Shown here: piece by piece, positions 37,032 to 49,692 of the stretch
Position numbering within the stretch: position 1 is the first letter of the stretch
How the letters are laid out: every line of letters starts with the position of its first letter
Program-made: the position numbers and the translations under genes
NCBI RefSeq assembly: GCF_046119375.1
Contig: NW_027366690.1
Coordinates: 1 to 64,000, forward strand
DNA from: Phyllobates terribilis
Lineage: Eukaryota
Reading direction: 5' to 3'
DNA: 64,000 bases
The notes under the pieces: model-generated
Seen by the model: the letters and a program-made list of their open reading frames with translations, nothing else
Databases searched by the model: none
What the model was told of the DNA's origin: nothing

Positions 37032-40000
37032 CTAGGACAATATAAGTTCAAATGACTGGGGAGGTTGAGGGTCATCGTCAACATCCATTGATGCTACAGC
37101 CTCACCTGAGGCTTGCTGTGAGGGAGCAGTAGCGGATCCGCCCACACCAGATGAAGATAAAACCTCAGGCTCATTGGGACGCAAGTCTTTCAGTAGAATG
37201 AATCCTGAACGTGCCTTTGTAACTGGAATATATCTGCTGTCTGACAAAAACTTGATAAATTTTTGCTGAGCTGGGATTACTCTTGCAGGGTTTGTTAACA
37301 ACTCAAATGATGGCTCAGCCTCTGCCTTCGAACTTGTACTATCAACCTAACACCATAAAATGGTACCACATAAACAATGCAAACAATTGTCCTTCTAGCC
37401 CAACTCATGTCTAAAAAACTAGTCCAAAATTACTACAATAAAATTGTGGAGAAAAAGTTGTTTAATTTATGCCATGTTATTCATAGTAAAAATTAATAAG
37501 GGTAAAATCGTCCAAAACTTCATTACCTTAATTCTGATGAATATCTCTAAAACAACATCTAATTGTGAACAGAGCGAATGTTACCTGAGATTACTCCTTC
37601 CCTAAACACCACTTTTCCAATTTCCAATGGCTATTCAATACGAGCAATTGTGGGAAACCCGATTCTCCTTAAGCTTAATATACGGAGGGAGTAGTTTTTC
37701 TTACAAAATGTAAAGTTTGTACCTGCATTGAGTCGCCATCCTTTACACCAGAAGCTGCTTTGTTTGCTCTGGCATTTGCCTTTGCTGAGACAGAGAGAAC
37801 AGCGGGTGGAAGCTTCAATGGTGATGTGGCAGCAGGGAGAGTAGTTGGCTTAGGGTACTCAAACAGGGAAGGCTTTGCATGAGACATGAACTCAAACTTG
37901 GGAGCTTTCAGATCATAATTCAGCCCAATGAATGCAGTTGGTGAGAACGCTAAGCTAATGAAGTAAGTGAGAGGGTACCAGTACCAGAACTGGCTAAACA
38001 CCGCCAGACCAACTACAGCTGTCACTTTATCATGCTTACTCTTCGAAACCAATCTGATTGTTACATTTCTCCCTCCTGCATCAAGTATTCCTGACGCCAA
38101 AATTGCTCCCATTTTGCTCATTGCGTCTTCCTTCTTGTCAACAACTATCTTCTCAAGCTGTTTCCTGAATGTTCCAACACGAGGGTGATTAGTCTGGAGC
38201 ATGACCATGGCCATGGCAATGAGAGCACCTTGACGAACAAAATCCACCAAATCTGATGTTAAGGGTTCGAGCAAAGATATTGCTTGACTTAAACATGTAC
38301 CAGCACAAGAGATCCCAACTGCTAGGGCTGCTCCATATCGGACATGAGGGTTGTGTGATTCTGATAGTAATGAAACAATACGTGGTGTCTGCAGATTAGA
38401 GAAGGAATTTAGAAGCTGCGTTATATTCTACAAGTAACAGAGTATCTGGAGGTATGCATGAGACTCAGAGAGAAGGGACAGACTTACTTGCTCAGGCTGT
38501 GAATAGAGGAGAAAACCAAGCCCCATAACTGCTGTTCGCTTAACATCATCATTCGCATCGTTGACAGCAAAGTGCAGAAGCTTACGAATGGCATTACTGT
38601 TTGATGTCCCCCTATAAGCCAATGCAACTGCGTAAACTCCACCATATCTTATAATCGGATCTTGATCACTACTCATCTTCTCAATCAGTTGATCAGCTCC
38701 TTCTTCCATACCGTAAGCCACAAGTGCTATACCTAGAGCTAAACCCCTGCCATCGCAACATCAGTTACAATGAGAAAGATGAAGGATCATTTGATTGCTT
38801 TGGAAGGGGGAAAGAAAAAGGCATACCGAGTGACCTTCTCATGTCGAGTTGCTCGTGCATAAACAAGCATCTCAAAAGCCTTTGAACTACCATTACCAAC
38901 CAGTAGTAAACCCATAGCTATACCAGCTGCTTCTCCAGCAACAGCACTATCTGTAAATAATACAGTTTTTAGATCGTCGTATATACCTTCATCAGAAGTT
39001 CCAAGAGCAGCTAGACCCAGACCCAAACAGCCCCCATAGTGAATAGCCTCGAAGTTGGTATTGCGAAGTCTATCACGAAGGAACTGAATGATGTCCTCAC
39101 CATGGTTGGCATGAATTAAACCAAGGGCATACAGAGCTCCACCCTTATAGTAAGAATTACCACGACGAGTCTGAAGCAAGTAAGATGCCATTATGGACCT
39201 ACCCTTTTTGAAATGGCCCCTGTGAACAACACCCACCCCAGCCATTGCACTAAACGCAGCCCACTTAGTTGCCTTGCTAACCCAATCCTGTCATCAGCAA
39301 TGGATTGTGAAAAACTGAATTTCATAATGCAAATAAACTAAGGGTCCATTTGGCCCTCAACTTAATGTCACCATTATAATAATTTTTTTAAAAATAAATA
39401 CTTTTTAAACTTTGAATTTCGTGTTAGTAAAAATAAAAGAAACTCGTAAAAGAATGACATTATAATGTGTGTTAGTCAAACTGCATTTTCTAAAAAAAAT
39501 CATTATAATTGAAATGTCATTATAATGAAGTTAAACAAACAAGGCTTTAAAATGATGTATAGTGTAATTATGTAACTTAAGGGTATGTTTGGCCCGCCTA
39601 CCCCATTATAGAGGGGGTTTGTAAATAAGTAATTATTTGTAATAATATTGTTTGGCTAATGGTACTTGTAATGGTATTATAAATGATTTAATAGTTAATT
39701 TTTTGCACAATCTCCGATGTCACAAAAACTCTTTTTTTTAATGCCATTATATAACAAAGAGTTACTCCATCCGTCCTTTTTTTATTCTTCTCCTTTCTTT
39801 TTCATACACTATTCATAATTTTACAGATTCTTCTCCATTTCTCTCGATATATATGGAAAAACATAGTCATGTTTGATCTTGTTTTATTCGTCTTGACGAG
39901 TACATTAATAAGATATAAATTTTTTATTTTTTATTAATTTAAACTTAAAGATATTTATCATAGAAAACGTGTCTCGATAAATGTGTCAGGAGAAGGGTTT

Positions 40001-42351
40001 ATATTGTAACACAAACTCCAAAGTTCTAAAATGCCTTATTTTAAGTACTATGTCCCAATATCTTTTTGCAATGCTAATGTAAATGCACGAAGACACCCTA
40101 CAAGTGTACAATGAGTTGAAAAAATATTAGCGTACCAGATTCTCTCTAAGGAAGGTATTTATTGTAGTGCCAGCATGCATGATTGCGTTTGCATAAATGG
40201 CTGCACTGTGGCACACACTATTTTTCATCTCAGCAGACTGCTTAATTGTCTTCAGAATAAGAAGATCCGACCTATGAAAGAGAAAAGCATGGTCATTGAG
40301 GGAAGTAAAAACAGAAAACTTTATGATATTGAACTAAAAACAATTGTACGTATAAGAGTATCTCACTTGTTATGACTGCGCAAAAACTGTAATGTTAACT
40401 GAATAGACGTCTCTCCAGACAATATTTCTTTTATTTTTGTTAATCTCTCTGCATAAACTGCTTCCCTGGGATCTATTGCTTGCACAGTTCCAGCAGAATC
40501 TTTTCCCTGAATCTTGGGATTTGGAAGCAGATTCTTTACATTCAACAAGACTGTTGAGTGTCATTATCTACAAGATCAAAGGCTATTTGAAAAGCAGCCA
40601 AAGCAGCATTCTTATTATCAGAACGTAGAAGCACATTCAATATTCTGGCAACAGTTTTAGTTTATCCAAAAACATGAAACACTGGGAAATGATCAAATAA
40701 TCAGGATTCTGGACCTGCAGATAAGCCATTACAGCCTGAACAAGGACCTGCAACCAGTAATTTAAGATGACAATCATGACATTATATAAAAAGTAAATAT
40801 TCTATGGAATATACTATGATTAAGAAATCTAATGAATATAACTAAGGTAGTAGTATATTGACGAAACATCAAGAATATCTATCACCTCTTGTCTGTATTC
40901 CCTCTGACTAACATATGAATGCGAGACAATGATACAGTAAAAAAATGCTGCACGAACATCATTACTCCTTGTTATTGCTTCCTCAAGTTTATCCAATCTT
41001 CTACATTCAATGATCATCCCAATAGCTTGCTGGTACCTTGCATCCGAAATGCAACTAAAAAAATGCAGGTGATTACTGATTAGTCAATCATTTACGAAAT
41101 ACAGTTAGTAATTCTAAAGTAAAGAAGGCCATACTTTTCCAGTATTCTTTCCACAATTTCTTCCAACCGAAGATCAAAATCTGATAGTTCTTCACTGGAC
41201 TTGGCATCATTTTTCCTAAGACTAACATACACATCTATAGCTTTGTCTAACAGAACATAGACAAAAAAAAAACAGAATAATCAGACCCTTCCACCTCTAA
41301 GAATGTTACAAAAATCAAGTAGCAGAATCGATGGTATAAAAGTACTGTGGAAGAAACAAAACCTACCAAGAAGAGCCCGGGTGTAATCAGAATCCTCTGA
41401 AACATCAAATAGAGAGCCCGCTCTCAGTGCATATGTCAAAGAGTCATTTAACTCGCCCAGATAGTAGAAAACCTGAGGAGAAGGACAAAATGACAACACA
41501 ATGAGAAGGGGACTCAAATCAAAGTGGAAAGATAAGCAATGCTTGTGTATGAATTCTTGGAAGCGTAAAGATACACAATGCCTTTTTTACCTATACCTTT
41601 GAAGCAACAAGGGCAGCAAGCTGTCTTTGAGAGAAATCCTCATCTTCATACAAACTTTCTCTGCATGTAATTTTGAACTTGAGAATCCGAACTTTAAAAC
41701 CAATATTCCAAATGTTGGAACTAGAGAAGACATAGATCTTACATAGACTCAGAAGTTATGTATAAAGTTGTGTTAGAACATGTACATGCAGGTTTGCTTC
41801 ATGTAATTGAGCGCAAATCAATACCTCTCGAACCTATCCAGACTATACAATTGTGCTGCCACAGTTACATAGTTTTTAAAGACTACGACCTCAAAAGTAA
41901 AAAAATGTCCAAATTCCCTCAGTTGGATAGCTCGAAGCATTGATCAGATTAAGAAGAAATTCTTGAAGCATGCAGAATTCATGTGTTCTGTTACAGTGCT
42001 AACTGCTAAGGTCGGACCAGCCCCAAGATCTCCTCAAACTCAAGAACCTTAGAATCTTTAACCTCAAAACTTACGGAATTACAATCAGCACAACTCCCCC
42101 CAATCAAAGCGACAAAAGATATCAAATACAACCCAAATTTACGAGCAACAAAGCAAAAAATGCAGATCAACTGAAAGCCGAAGAAGCGGAAGAAGGAAAG
42201 GGAAGTACATTAGAGGAAGGCTGGTGGAAATCTCGGGCCAGAAAAAGTGAGCAAATGAGTTGAGGTTGGAAAGTGCGTGAAGCTTGAGAGCAGGATGATC
42301 CTCGCTGAGCATCGCCAACAGAGCCCCAGCGGAACTCACCATCGTCGCCAT
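37032..42351 (-). CDS. RPN2: 26S proteasome non-ATPase regulatory subunit 1 (RPN2), diverged, two apparent frameshifts in exon 6 (pseudogene or assembly error)
   Basis: Exons 42351-42209, 41660-41597, 41472-41367, 41246-41135, 41054-40886, 40747-40367, 40271-40136, 39287-38827, 38746-38488, 38388-37723 and 37346-37032. PC repeats ([41 protein letters not shown]) and QFWYWYPL. Exon 6 is 2 nt short of phase. Confidence 0.9.
39339..39550. mobile_element. Tourist-like MITE in RPN2 intron 7
   Basis: TAA+GGGTCCATTTGG on the left, CAAACAAGGC(T)+TAA on the right, and internal symmetry (cattataataattttt / aaaaaatcattataat). Confidence 0.45.
39763..39990. mobile_element. Stowaway MITE fragment in RPN2 intron 7
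   Basis: TA+CTCCATCCGTCC left TIR. The right TIR was not found and the end is approximate. Confidence 0.4.
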
Positions 42352-42576
42352 GATTACTTCTCTTACTCAAACTCCTCGACGAACTGAACTTAACTTGATG
42401 ATTGAAGTCGAAGAAAGGCGGTTAAACAGATAGTAGGATCGTCGATTGCACATTATGCTTTTACTTCCCCGTGTTTCTTCGATAACAAGCCAGGCTTCTC
42501 AAATGTTTACTGGGGTTATTAACCGAATTTCTAATAATTACTACTTCCTCATAAGTTCTCCGGTTGCTATAGATAA

Positions 42577-42847
42577 TATTCCCTCCTTAGTTTTCTTCCC
42601 GTTTGACTAAAATTACGGATTTTAAGGAAAAAATAAAGAGTAATAATGTGAAGAAAATAGATAGAGAGAAAGAATAATAAATGGATAAAGTAGTATTGGG
42701 GGAGGAGAATTTGTATTGGATAGAGTGAAAGTATATTGGAAATTGAAAAAGAGGTTAAAAAGTAATTTCTATAAATGGAATGTGGAAAGATAATTTTGGA
42801 ACAACGGAAATGACAAATGAGAAGATAATTAAGAGACGGAGGGAGTA
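42577..42847. mobile_element. Stowaway (Tc1/mariner) MITE upstream of RPN2
   Basis: The right end is GACGGAGGGAG+TA. The left end TA+TTCCCTCCTTAGTTTTCTTCCCGTTT aligns with the reverse complement of the right end. Confidence 0.65.
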
Positions 42848-43159
42848 CTATTTATAAGTTACTTATCTATTTGTATTTTGTCTAAAATTTGCCTATATAT
42901 AGATTTTCTTAATTTTAGAATAAATAAGATTTTATTATAATGAGTTAATAATTTTTGGGGAGCACATTTATTCAATCCTCTTCTCTTCCAATTTAGTTTT
43001 TTCTCTTAGTGCAGAAATAGAGTGGTGTTATACATTTGTCACGGTTCAATCTGATTGAAGAGTAGTTGTTGACATGATTAACTTTGAAAGCTCGGTCCCT
43101 CATTTTGATGTGTATTTGACCAAAGGAATGTTACCATCTGTCTCGTGTTACTGATTGAA

Positions 43160-43290
43160 TTGTCCGTGTTAATTGGATCCCCGGGCGTACAACGCGGTGG
43201 CAGATCACCTTGTCGACCTCGCCTTCGATTATAAGCTTAATTTTATTATTTATGATCATCCTTCTATGTCTGTTTTGTCGCTTTCAAATT
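43160..43290 (+). pseudogene. Non-LTR (LINE)-type RNase H C-terminal fragment
   Basis: Restoring one C in the C4 run near 43179 gives VRVNWIPRAYNAVADHLVDLA, the W.PR..N..AD.LA motif. Confidence 0.45.
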
Positions 43291-43919
43291 CTAATACGTC
43301 TTTTTTCATTCTTCATAATAAATTAATAAATATGGCATCATCCATGCTTTCTCTTATTAACCTGCATTATTATAATTTATCGACCTTAACCTTTTTCCAA
43401 GTGATATTGGATTCTTATATATCTCGTAGTACAAAAAATTATAATACTTATTCATGAAAGAATGGTCATAGAAGGACTTATTCTATTAACAACAATGTCA
43501 TGTTGAATTCATTTTATTTACTTTTGTATGGCAGTGATTTCACAATTTTCATTCAAGATACTCTAAAAAAAATCCAACGTATAAGGATATGAAAAGAGAG
43601 GGCAAAGAGGGTGTTTCATGGTTAGTGTAATCTCCAAACTCCGGAATTGCATCCACCTTATTATTAATGTGTTACATACCAATATGCTAACTACAACCAC
43701 CGAACTACCCACCCATTTAGAACTTGTTTATTATACAGACCGGTTAACTACTCCCTGACTTGTCAACTTCCAACTAATTTGGGCCGAAGTAATTATATTC
43801 GATCCATGCAATTCAACTTAATTGGCTCTCCATTGCGCTTTCCTGGCTATTCAGCTACCATATATATCCTCTGGCTAGCAGCTGATTAGCAATTAGACTG
43901 GCTACCGGAGGATTTGGAA

Positions 43920-45132
43920 ATGGAGGAGGAGAAGAAGAAAGTGTACACTCTTTCAGAAGTATCCCAACATAATAAGACTAAAGATTGTTGGCTTATTATC
44001 AATGGCAAGGTACGTTTAATATATAATATATATATTTCTTTCCTTTTTTTTAATACATGGCCAATATTGCAATAAATAATAGAATTTCTCGTGAAATTTT
44101 CTCTCGTGTTTTTATTAGTTTTGGATTTTTTGGGATTAAATGTATATAAGCTTAAAAATTAAGCTAGTTAGATCCATCTCTGACCCAGGAAAGAAAAAAG
44201 AAAGACGAAATGTATTTTTAACATAATGGACCGGGGGACAAAACATAATACACCATATAATTTTAATGAAGTGTATTAGGGGTCTTTTGGCGGCTACTAT
44301 GAGAAACATGAAATGTTAAATATCATATAAATATGATGTTAAAATGTAAAATATCCGCACACAAATCTTCTTATCTAAATCATGAAAACGAAGTATTAAA
44401 TTATAAATTTTAAAAAAAATAATGCGATGACAATTTTATAAATAACTCAAACAAATTCTTTCTTTTTCAGTAGATTTACAAATCATATTGTATGTTAATG
44501 TATTTGAATAGCAAGGTTCTAATGTGAAATTCTTCACATTTTAAGGTCTAAAGTTTCAACAAAATCTAATTCATATTAGTATGATATCGAGATATATTTA
44601 TAGTTAATATTACGTATAAAATAAGAGCGATTATAAACTAATTAAATTCATAATTCCTATGAACCATAGTAGGAGCATATATATGCGTTTAAATTAACGT
44701 GTACATTGAGAAAGCGTATATAGGTATATGATGTGACAAATTTTTTGGAAGAACATCCTGGTGGAGATGAGATTCTGCTCACGGCAACAGGTATATATGA
44801 ATGACACTTACAAAAAATGGGTTGTCCTAAAATATTTAATTAAAAATTCGTAAACATATTTATTAACATCATCCTTGCATGATTTAGGAAAAGATGCAAC
44901 AGATGATTTTGAGGGTGTAGGGCACAGCACGAGTGCAAAGGCGAATATGGAAGAATACTGCGTTGGAGAAGTGGACATGTCCACTATTCCTAAGAAAATC
45001 AACAATGTGACCCCCAAGTACTACGGATACGATAATCTAAACTCTTCTGATTTCACTACTAGAGTCCTGCAGTTTCTTGTCCCTCTTGCTATCGTGGCTT
45101 TGGCCTTCGGAATTCGCCTTGTTTATACCTAA
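43920..45132 (+). CDS. CYTB5: Cytochrome b5, tail-anchored, 133 aa
   Basis: Exons 43920-44009, 44724-44790 and 44888-45132 are in frame. DCWLIINGKVYDVT, HPGG and GHS heme ligands, and a C-terminal TM segment (VLQFLVPLAIVALAFGIR). Confidence 0.95.
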
Positions 45133-45453
45133 TCTGATTAAAGAATATACTTAAATCATATATCAGTACCATAATGTAATTGACGCTAGCCTATCAGAAC
45201 ATTTTGCAAGGTGTAATGAAAAAAAGCTCGAGTTTTTAGTTATATATTAATAGCACGGAGACAAATTAAATCATCTGAACGTAAAAAACAAAAAGGGAAT
45301 TGAAAAGGAGCTAACTGATTCAGCTTGAAACGGCTAACATAGTATATGTTACATAACCAATACTGAATTGAATGGCAGATAAATCAAGCATGTACCGATA
45401 AGATGCACATGATCGATATTTTCTTCAAGTATGTTTTTAATTAGGATTTGAAG

Positions 45454-45870
45454 ATGTAAGGCAAGAGGAGTGTGCATCTTCTTGTTCTTTATTATGTTGC
45501 TGTTTTTTTGTGTGTTGGACATCAGCCTTGGTGTATATTGTGGAGGAGGGCAGAGAGTTGTTAATGGCTCCAGAGGCATGGGGTTGGCCGGCCATTTGGG
45601 TCCAAGCCTCGCCCTGGAGGAGGAGGAGGTTAGGTGGTGGGGAGGGTGGAGGAAAGGATGGTGGTGGAGGAGGTTCTAGCGGTGGTTGGGGTAGCGAAAG
45701 TGGTGGTTGTGGAGGAGGGGGAGGTGGCAACGGTCGTGGTTGTGGCGGAGGAGGTGGTTTGGAAGAAGGGGGCGGTGGTGGCTGTGGCGGTGGAGGAGGA
45801 GGATCTGGTGCTGGGGATGAGGTTGATGGTGGCTGGAGATGAAGATAGTGAGGAAGAAGTCGGTAGGTAG
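45454..45870 (+). pseudogene. Probable secreted glycine-rich protein, frameshifted as assembled
   Basis: A hydrophobic signal-like segment (VCIFLFFIMLLFFCVLDIS, frame of 45470) is followed in another frame by VEEGRELL and a Gly/Cys-rich tract (ORF 45510-45842). The ATG at 45454 is out of frame by a G-run shortfall. Confidence 0.45.
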
Positions 45871-46006
45871 TCTGAAAGTACAACAAAATCACGGATCCAT
45901 CAGATTTTGACCTACTCTTTCTCTTTGATTATGATGGGGTGAATGCACATAATCGATCCAAGAGGTTTATAATAAACGTTTTCTTTTGTTCTCATAAAAA
46001 TATCTG

Positions 46007-47303
46007 TGTTAGACCAGGTATTCGTGTTGTGATAATCAAGCCACGTTTAAGTATAAAGGACAAAGGCTCAACTCACTATTCGGCCCATTAGATAAAAAGT
46101 CCACATAGAAATGAAGTCTCTTGATTAGCTAGCTAGGAGGACCATTATATACCCTGTAAATAGCATTTAGAAAGAAAGTACAAGGGGTCGATCACTTTTC
46201 ATTTGCTATGTTTAGCAATTGAAAGCTAACTTTTCATCCTTCTCGCATAGCTCAGTCATCCCAACTCATCGCAAGTCCGATAAAGCTATGTGAGCATGTT
46301 TAGCCTCACGAGAAGCTTCCAAACACACACTCTCTCTTGTTTTACTTATTACATTTATTAAATTTCCTTCTTCGTTAATGCCTACTGACTTGATTGTCGG
46401 AGAGTCAATTCCAGATGACGCTCTCCTCTTGGTTTGACATGCAGGTGTATGCTGAAATCCTTCACGAACAACTTTCAACCTACACATATGAAGCACAACA
46501 AGAGGTTCCCCTAACTCCAACTTGAACAAAACGACTATCCCTCCACGAGGAGTGTTGACTATGCAAAGTACCCGAGCTCCAACACTAGCACCGACCTTGG
46601 GGACCTCCTCGCGAAGTTAGGTCGTCCAGAAAAATGGTCAGGATCGTAGGTTTACCCAGAAACAATTTCGCACGTCATCGAACCCCCACGAATTTGCGGA
46701 CTGACTTCATGTGGGTTCCTAGGAAGAGTTCAAGGAGTATCGCGAGTGGAGAGAGTACATGAATAATCACGTTCATTAGCAGACAGAAGTAGAGGGGGAT
46801 ATGCGATGCAACCGCGTGACTAACCCTGAAAGAACCCCCTCTGATTACTACTCTCGAGGAGATTCGCATACTGACATGTAAGACTACTATGAGAACTCTT
46901 ATTTCATCCCTTGGCAGGCATACGGCCCAAACCTGCCACCACTTCAACGATCTCATGAAGCTCTACACCATCAGAAGTTTGCGCTTACACCCATGTACGT
47001 GAATGGTCACCAACTTTCCATCATAGCCCGTATGACCCGATGTATGCTCCAGTGCCGAGACAGGGAGGAGACATTGTATTCGATGATCATATAGCGTACT
47101 CTCCCGTGTGAAGTGATTTTAAGTACCCCGACACAAAAGACTACACGGGGAAGAAAGACCCCACAGAGCACGTAAGCCGCTATTGCTATGTCATGCTCTC
47201 GAGTAATGCCGATGACGCAACTCTATGCAAAGGTTTCCCTAACACACTCTATTGAGCTGCCCTAGCCTGGATGATGATTCTTCCCAAGCGGACTATACAT
47301 TGC
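46007..47303 (+). mobile_element. Tat/Retand-like gypsy fragment (LTR 46007-46664, degenerate PBS, gag start)
   Basis: TGTTAG...CCCAGAAACA, with the Tat-type LTR block actgacttgattgtcggagag. Gag fragment DYTGKKDPTEHVSRY...LCKGFPNTL/AALAW at 47115-47303. Confidence 0.65.
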
Positions 47304-47927
47304 TTATAATTATCATTGATTGTGATTGTTTATCTAGATTGATCACCTAGGTTTATAGATTTATCTCATATAGCTAGGCCTGGATTGTCCGATTTGGAGA
47401 GCCTTGTCCAATTAGTAGAAAATCATTTACCTGGACTAGTTGGACTTGTAGATGTGTGGAGGGTAATGATGTGTTAGTATCCAAGTTGCGTTGCACATTC
47501 CTATCTATTCTTGATCCTAATGTTGCCTGGAAATTGACCTTTGATAGTTTCAGGGTAAGATTTAGAGGTAAGGGCTATTAGGGCTAGTTGAACTAATTAG
47601 CTACAAAGGAACAAGGATTAGGGAAACTAGAGGATATATAGATATTAGGAAAGAACCTGAATAGAGAAGTCTGGGATCTTTTAATCAACTTGTTAGGTGG
47701 ATACCAATTGTACAAAGTGTTTTCCCATATTTGTGTTCAACCTATCCATTGTTAGTTAGTTTACACAATTTCCCCCCTTTGGTTTCCTTTAGAGTCATCT
47801 GAACCTAATACCATAAGAATTGATCTCCCTTGATTCCCTGTGAAATTCGACCCCTACTTACCGCTTTACTTTTGTAGAGTAGTTCGAAGGAAATTTACTT
47901 TGATGTTGTCGTAATGACAGCACGTCA
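47304..47927 (+). mobile_element. Athila-like LTR, 3' portion
   Basis: Carries the Athila-type end (ccctgtgaaattcgacccctacttaccgct...cacgtca) and is homologous to 4400-4700. No PBS follows. Confidence 0.65.
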
Positions 47928-49692
47928 AACACACATTTGCTTCTTCATTTTTCCTACTTAAAGAGAAACGATAGAGTTAGGCATTAATTGACCCCTCATT
48001 TCCTTCAGAGGTTGTCCGAGTAAGATGTTTTATGAGGTGTTGACATCTATTACATGGAATAAGGCATCTTTATAAAGATCTTCCATCATAACCTTCAATG
48101 CGATGGATCCCATGGATCTTTTCCCCACGTGATTGAAGCCTTGAATTGTAAGCAAAGCGGGAGATAAATGGTTAGTGTTTAACCCCATGGATTTTAACAC
48201 CCTATATGGGAAAGATTCACGGTCAATCCACAATACAAAAAGATTCGATTAATTTGTGTATCTCCGATACAACCTGTGACATATAAAGGCCTATTGTGAT
48301 ATTCTTATCCTGATTGAAGATCTTCATCGGATAATGTTATACATATTATATTGTAGCACAATGAATTACTGGAGAGAGTGACACATCATTGACTTCAACT
48401 CGATCGACCTGATGTTTATAATCATCAAGCTCCATCATAGCTTGTATGAGTGCTCTTCTCAACTCATTTGACATTTGTAATGCATCATATACACTCAAAC
48501 GAGCAAGTATATGCTTTAAATGATCAATGACGTCGTATTTGACTTGTTCCTTGAAAGGAGTATCACAAAGAGTCAGTGGTACTTTTATTTGTCTAAACTT
48601 GTTGAGATATTTCTTGCTTCTCACTCCCTTTTGAGACGGACCATGTATTTCTTCATTAACCACCTCGTCAAAATTTCTTTCTTTTAAGTCATCACAAGAC
48701 ATAGACTCTTTTTTCTTCTCCTTATTTTTGGTTTTTAGAGGCGTGAGTTGATGTCCAGAGCGGAGAGTTACTTCGTCAACTTCTAAAGCCTCCTCCTCAC
48801 ACATATCAGCCCATGTAGCCATGCAACATGGAGCAATTCGATCACTCCAAAATGCATCACCTTCTGGAGAGTCATCTTCGAGTAATCCTTTTGGGATAAA
48901 ATCGTTCAAGGTGATCTGTACTCTATTTGGCTGAACGTAAGTTTCATCAAAATCGGTGAATTTTGACTTTTTAATTCTTGTCTTTCTTAGCTTTCTTCTT
49001 GTTCTTCTTCCTAGTTTGCTTCCTCCCAATCATTCAAAAACTGGAGTAGTTAGACGTTGTGTCATGATTGGTCGAGATGTCCTTCGGTTCATACAAGTTT
49101 TCCAGTCAAGATCATTGAAATTGTCTTCGCCACTAGAGAACACATTCTCAATGTCGGAACGCGTCATGATCTCATATAAAGTGGGTTGCCTTGGAAAATC
49201 CCTCGGCATACTAGGATATGCCCAAACCATTCAAACTTCATCATCAATCATTAATTGAACCAGTATAGCCATTTGAGGCAGTGAAACTGTTGGAATGCCT
49301 TCATTTTCATTGGTTTCTACCATTGTGTCAAACGTACTTGGAGGACTTGGATAAGATGGAAGTGCTTCTACGATCTCTTCCATTGTGAGATAATGTTAGA
49401 CGAGGCTTCATGTGATTAGAAACATCCTCTTAAATCTCAATCTCCCCATTGTTAAACATTTTGTCACTTATATCTTTAAGGGCATATCAATTCCTTGATT
49501 GAATGGCTAATGATGCGATGATATGGACAATATTTCCATCATTTGTCTTTCCAACATCGTGTGGCCTCTTGGGATCCGGGAGAACTAGAAGATTTGATGA
49601 CATCAACTCTTCAAAGATTCCTTGGAAATCATCATCGTCGAAAGGATATTTCTTTTCCTTCCTTTCTTGAAGACTAAGCTTTTTTAAGGCTC

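Noticed and set aside
37592-37693. Stowaway TIR (tacggagggagta) in RPN2 intron 10
   Set aside because: Only one convincing TIR. The putative partner is too degenerate to define an element.
38747-38826. RPN2 introns 8 and 9 as novel intron gains
   Set aside because: I cannot verify ortholog intron positions without a database, and both have ordinary GT-AG structure.
45437-45892. Minus-strand 151-aa proline-rich ORF as an extensin or formin exon
   Set aside because: No SP4/YXY extensin motifs and no FH2 continuation. It is probably the antisense shadow of the Gly-rich tract, so it is kept only as an alternative in the findings.
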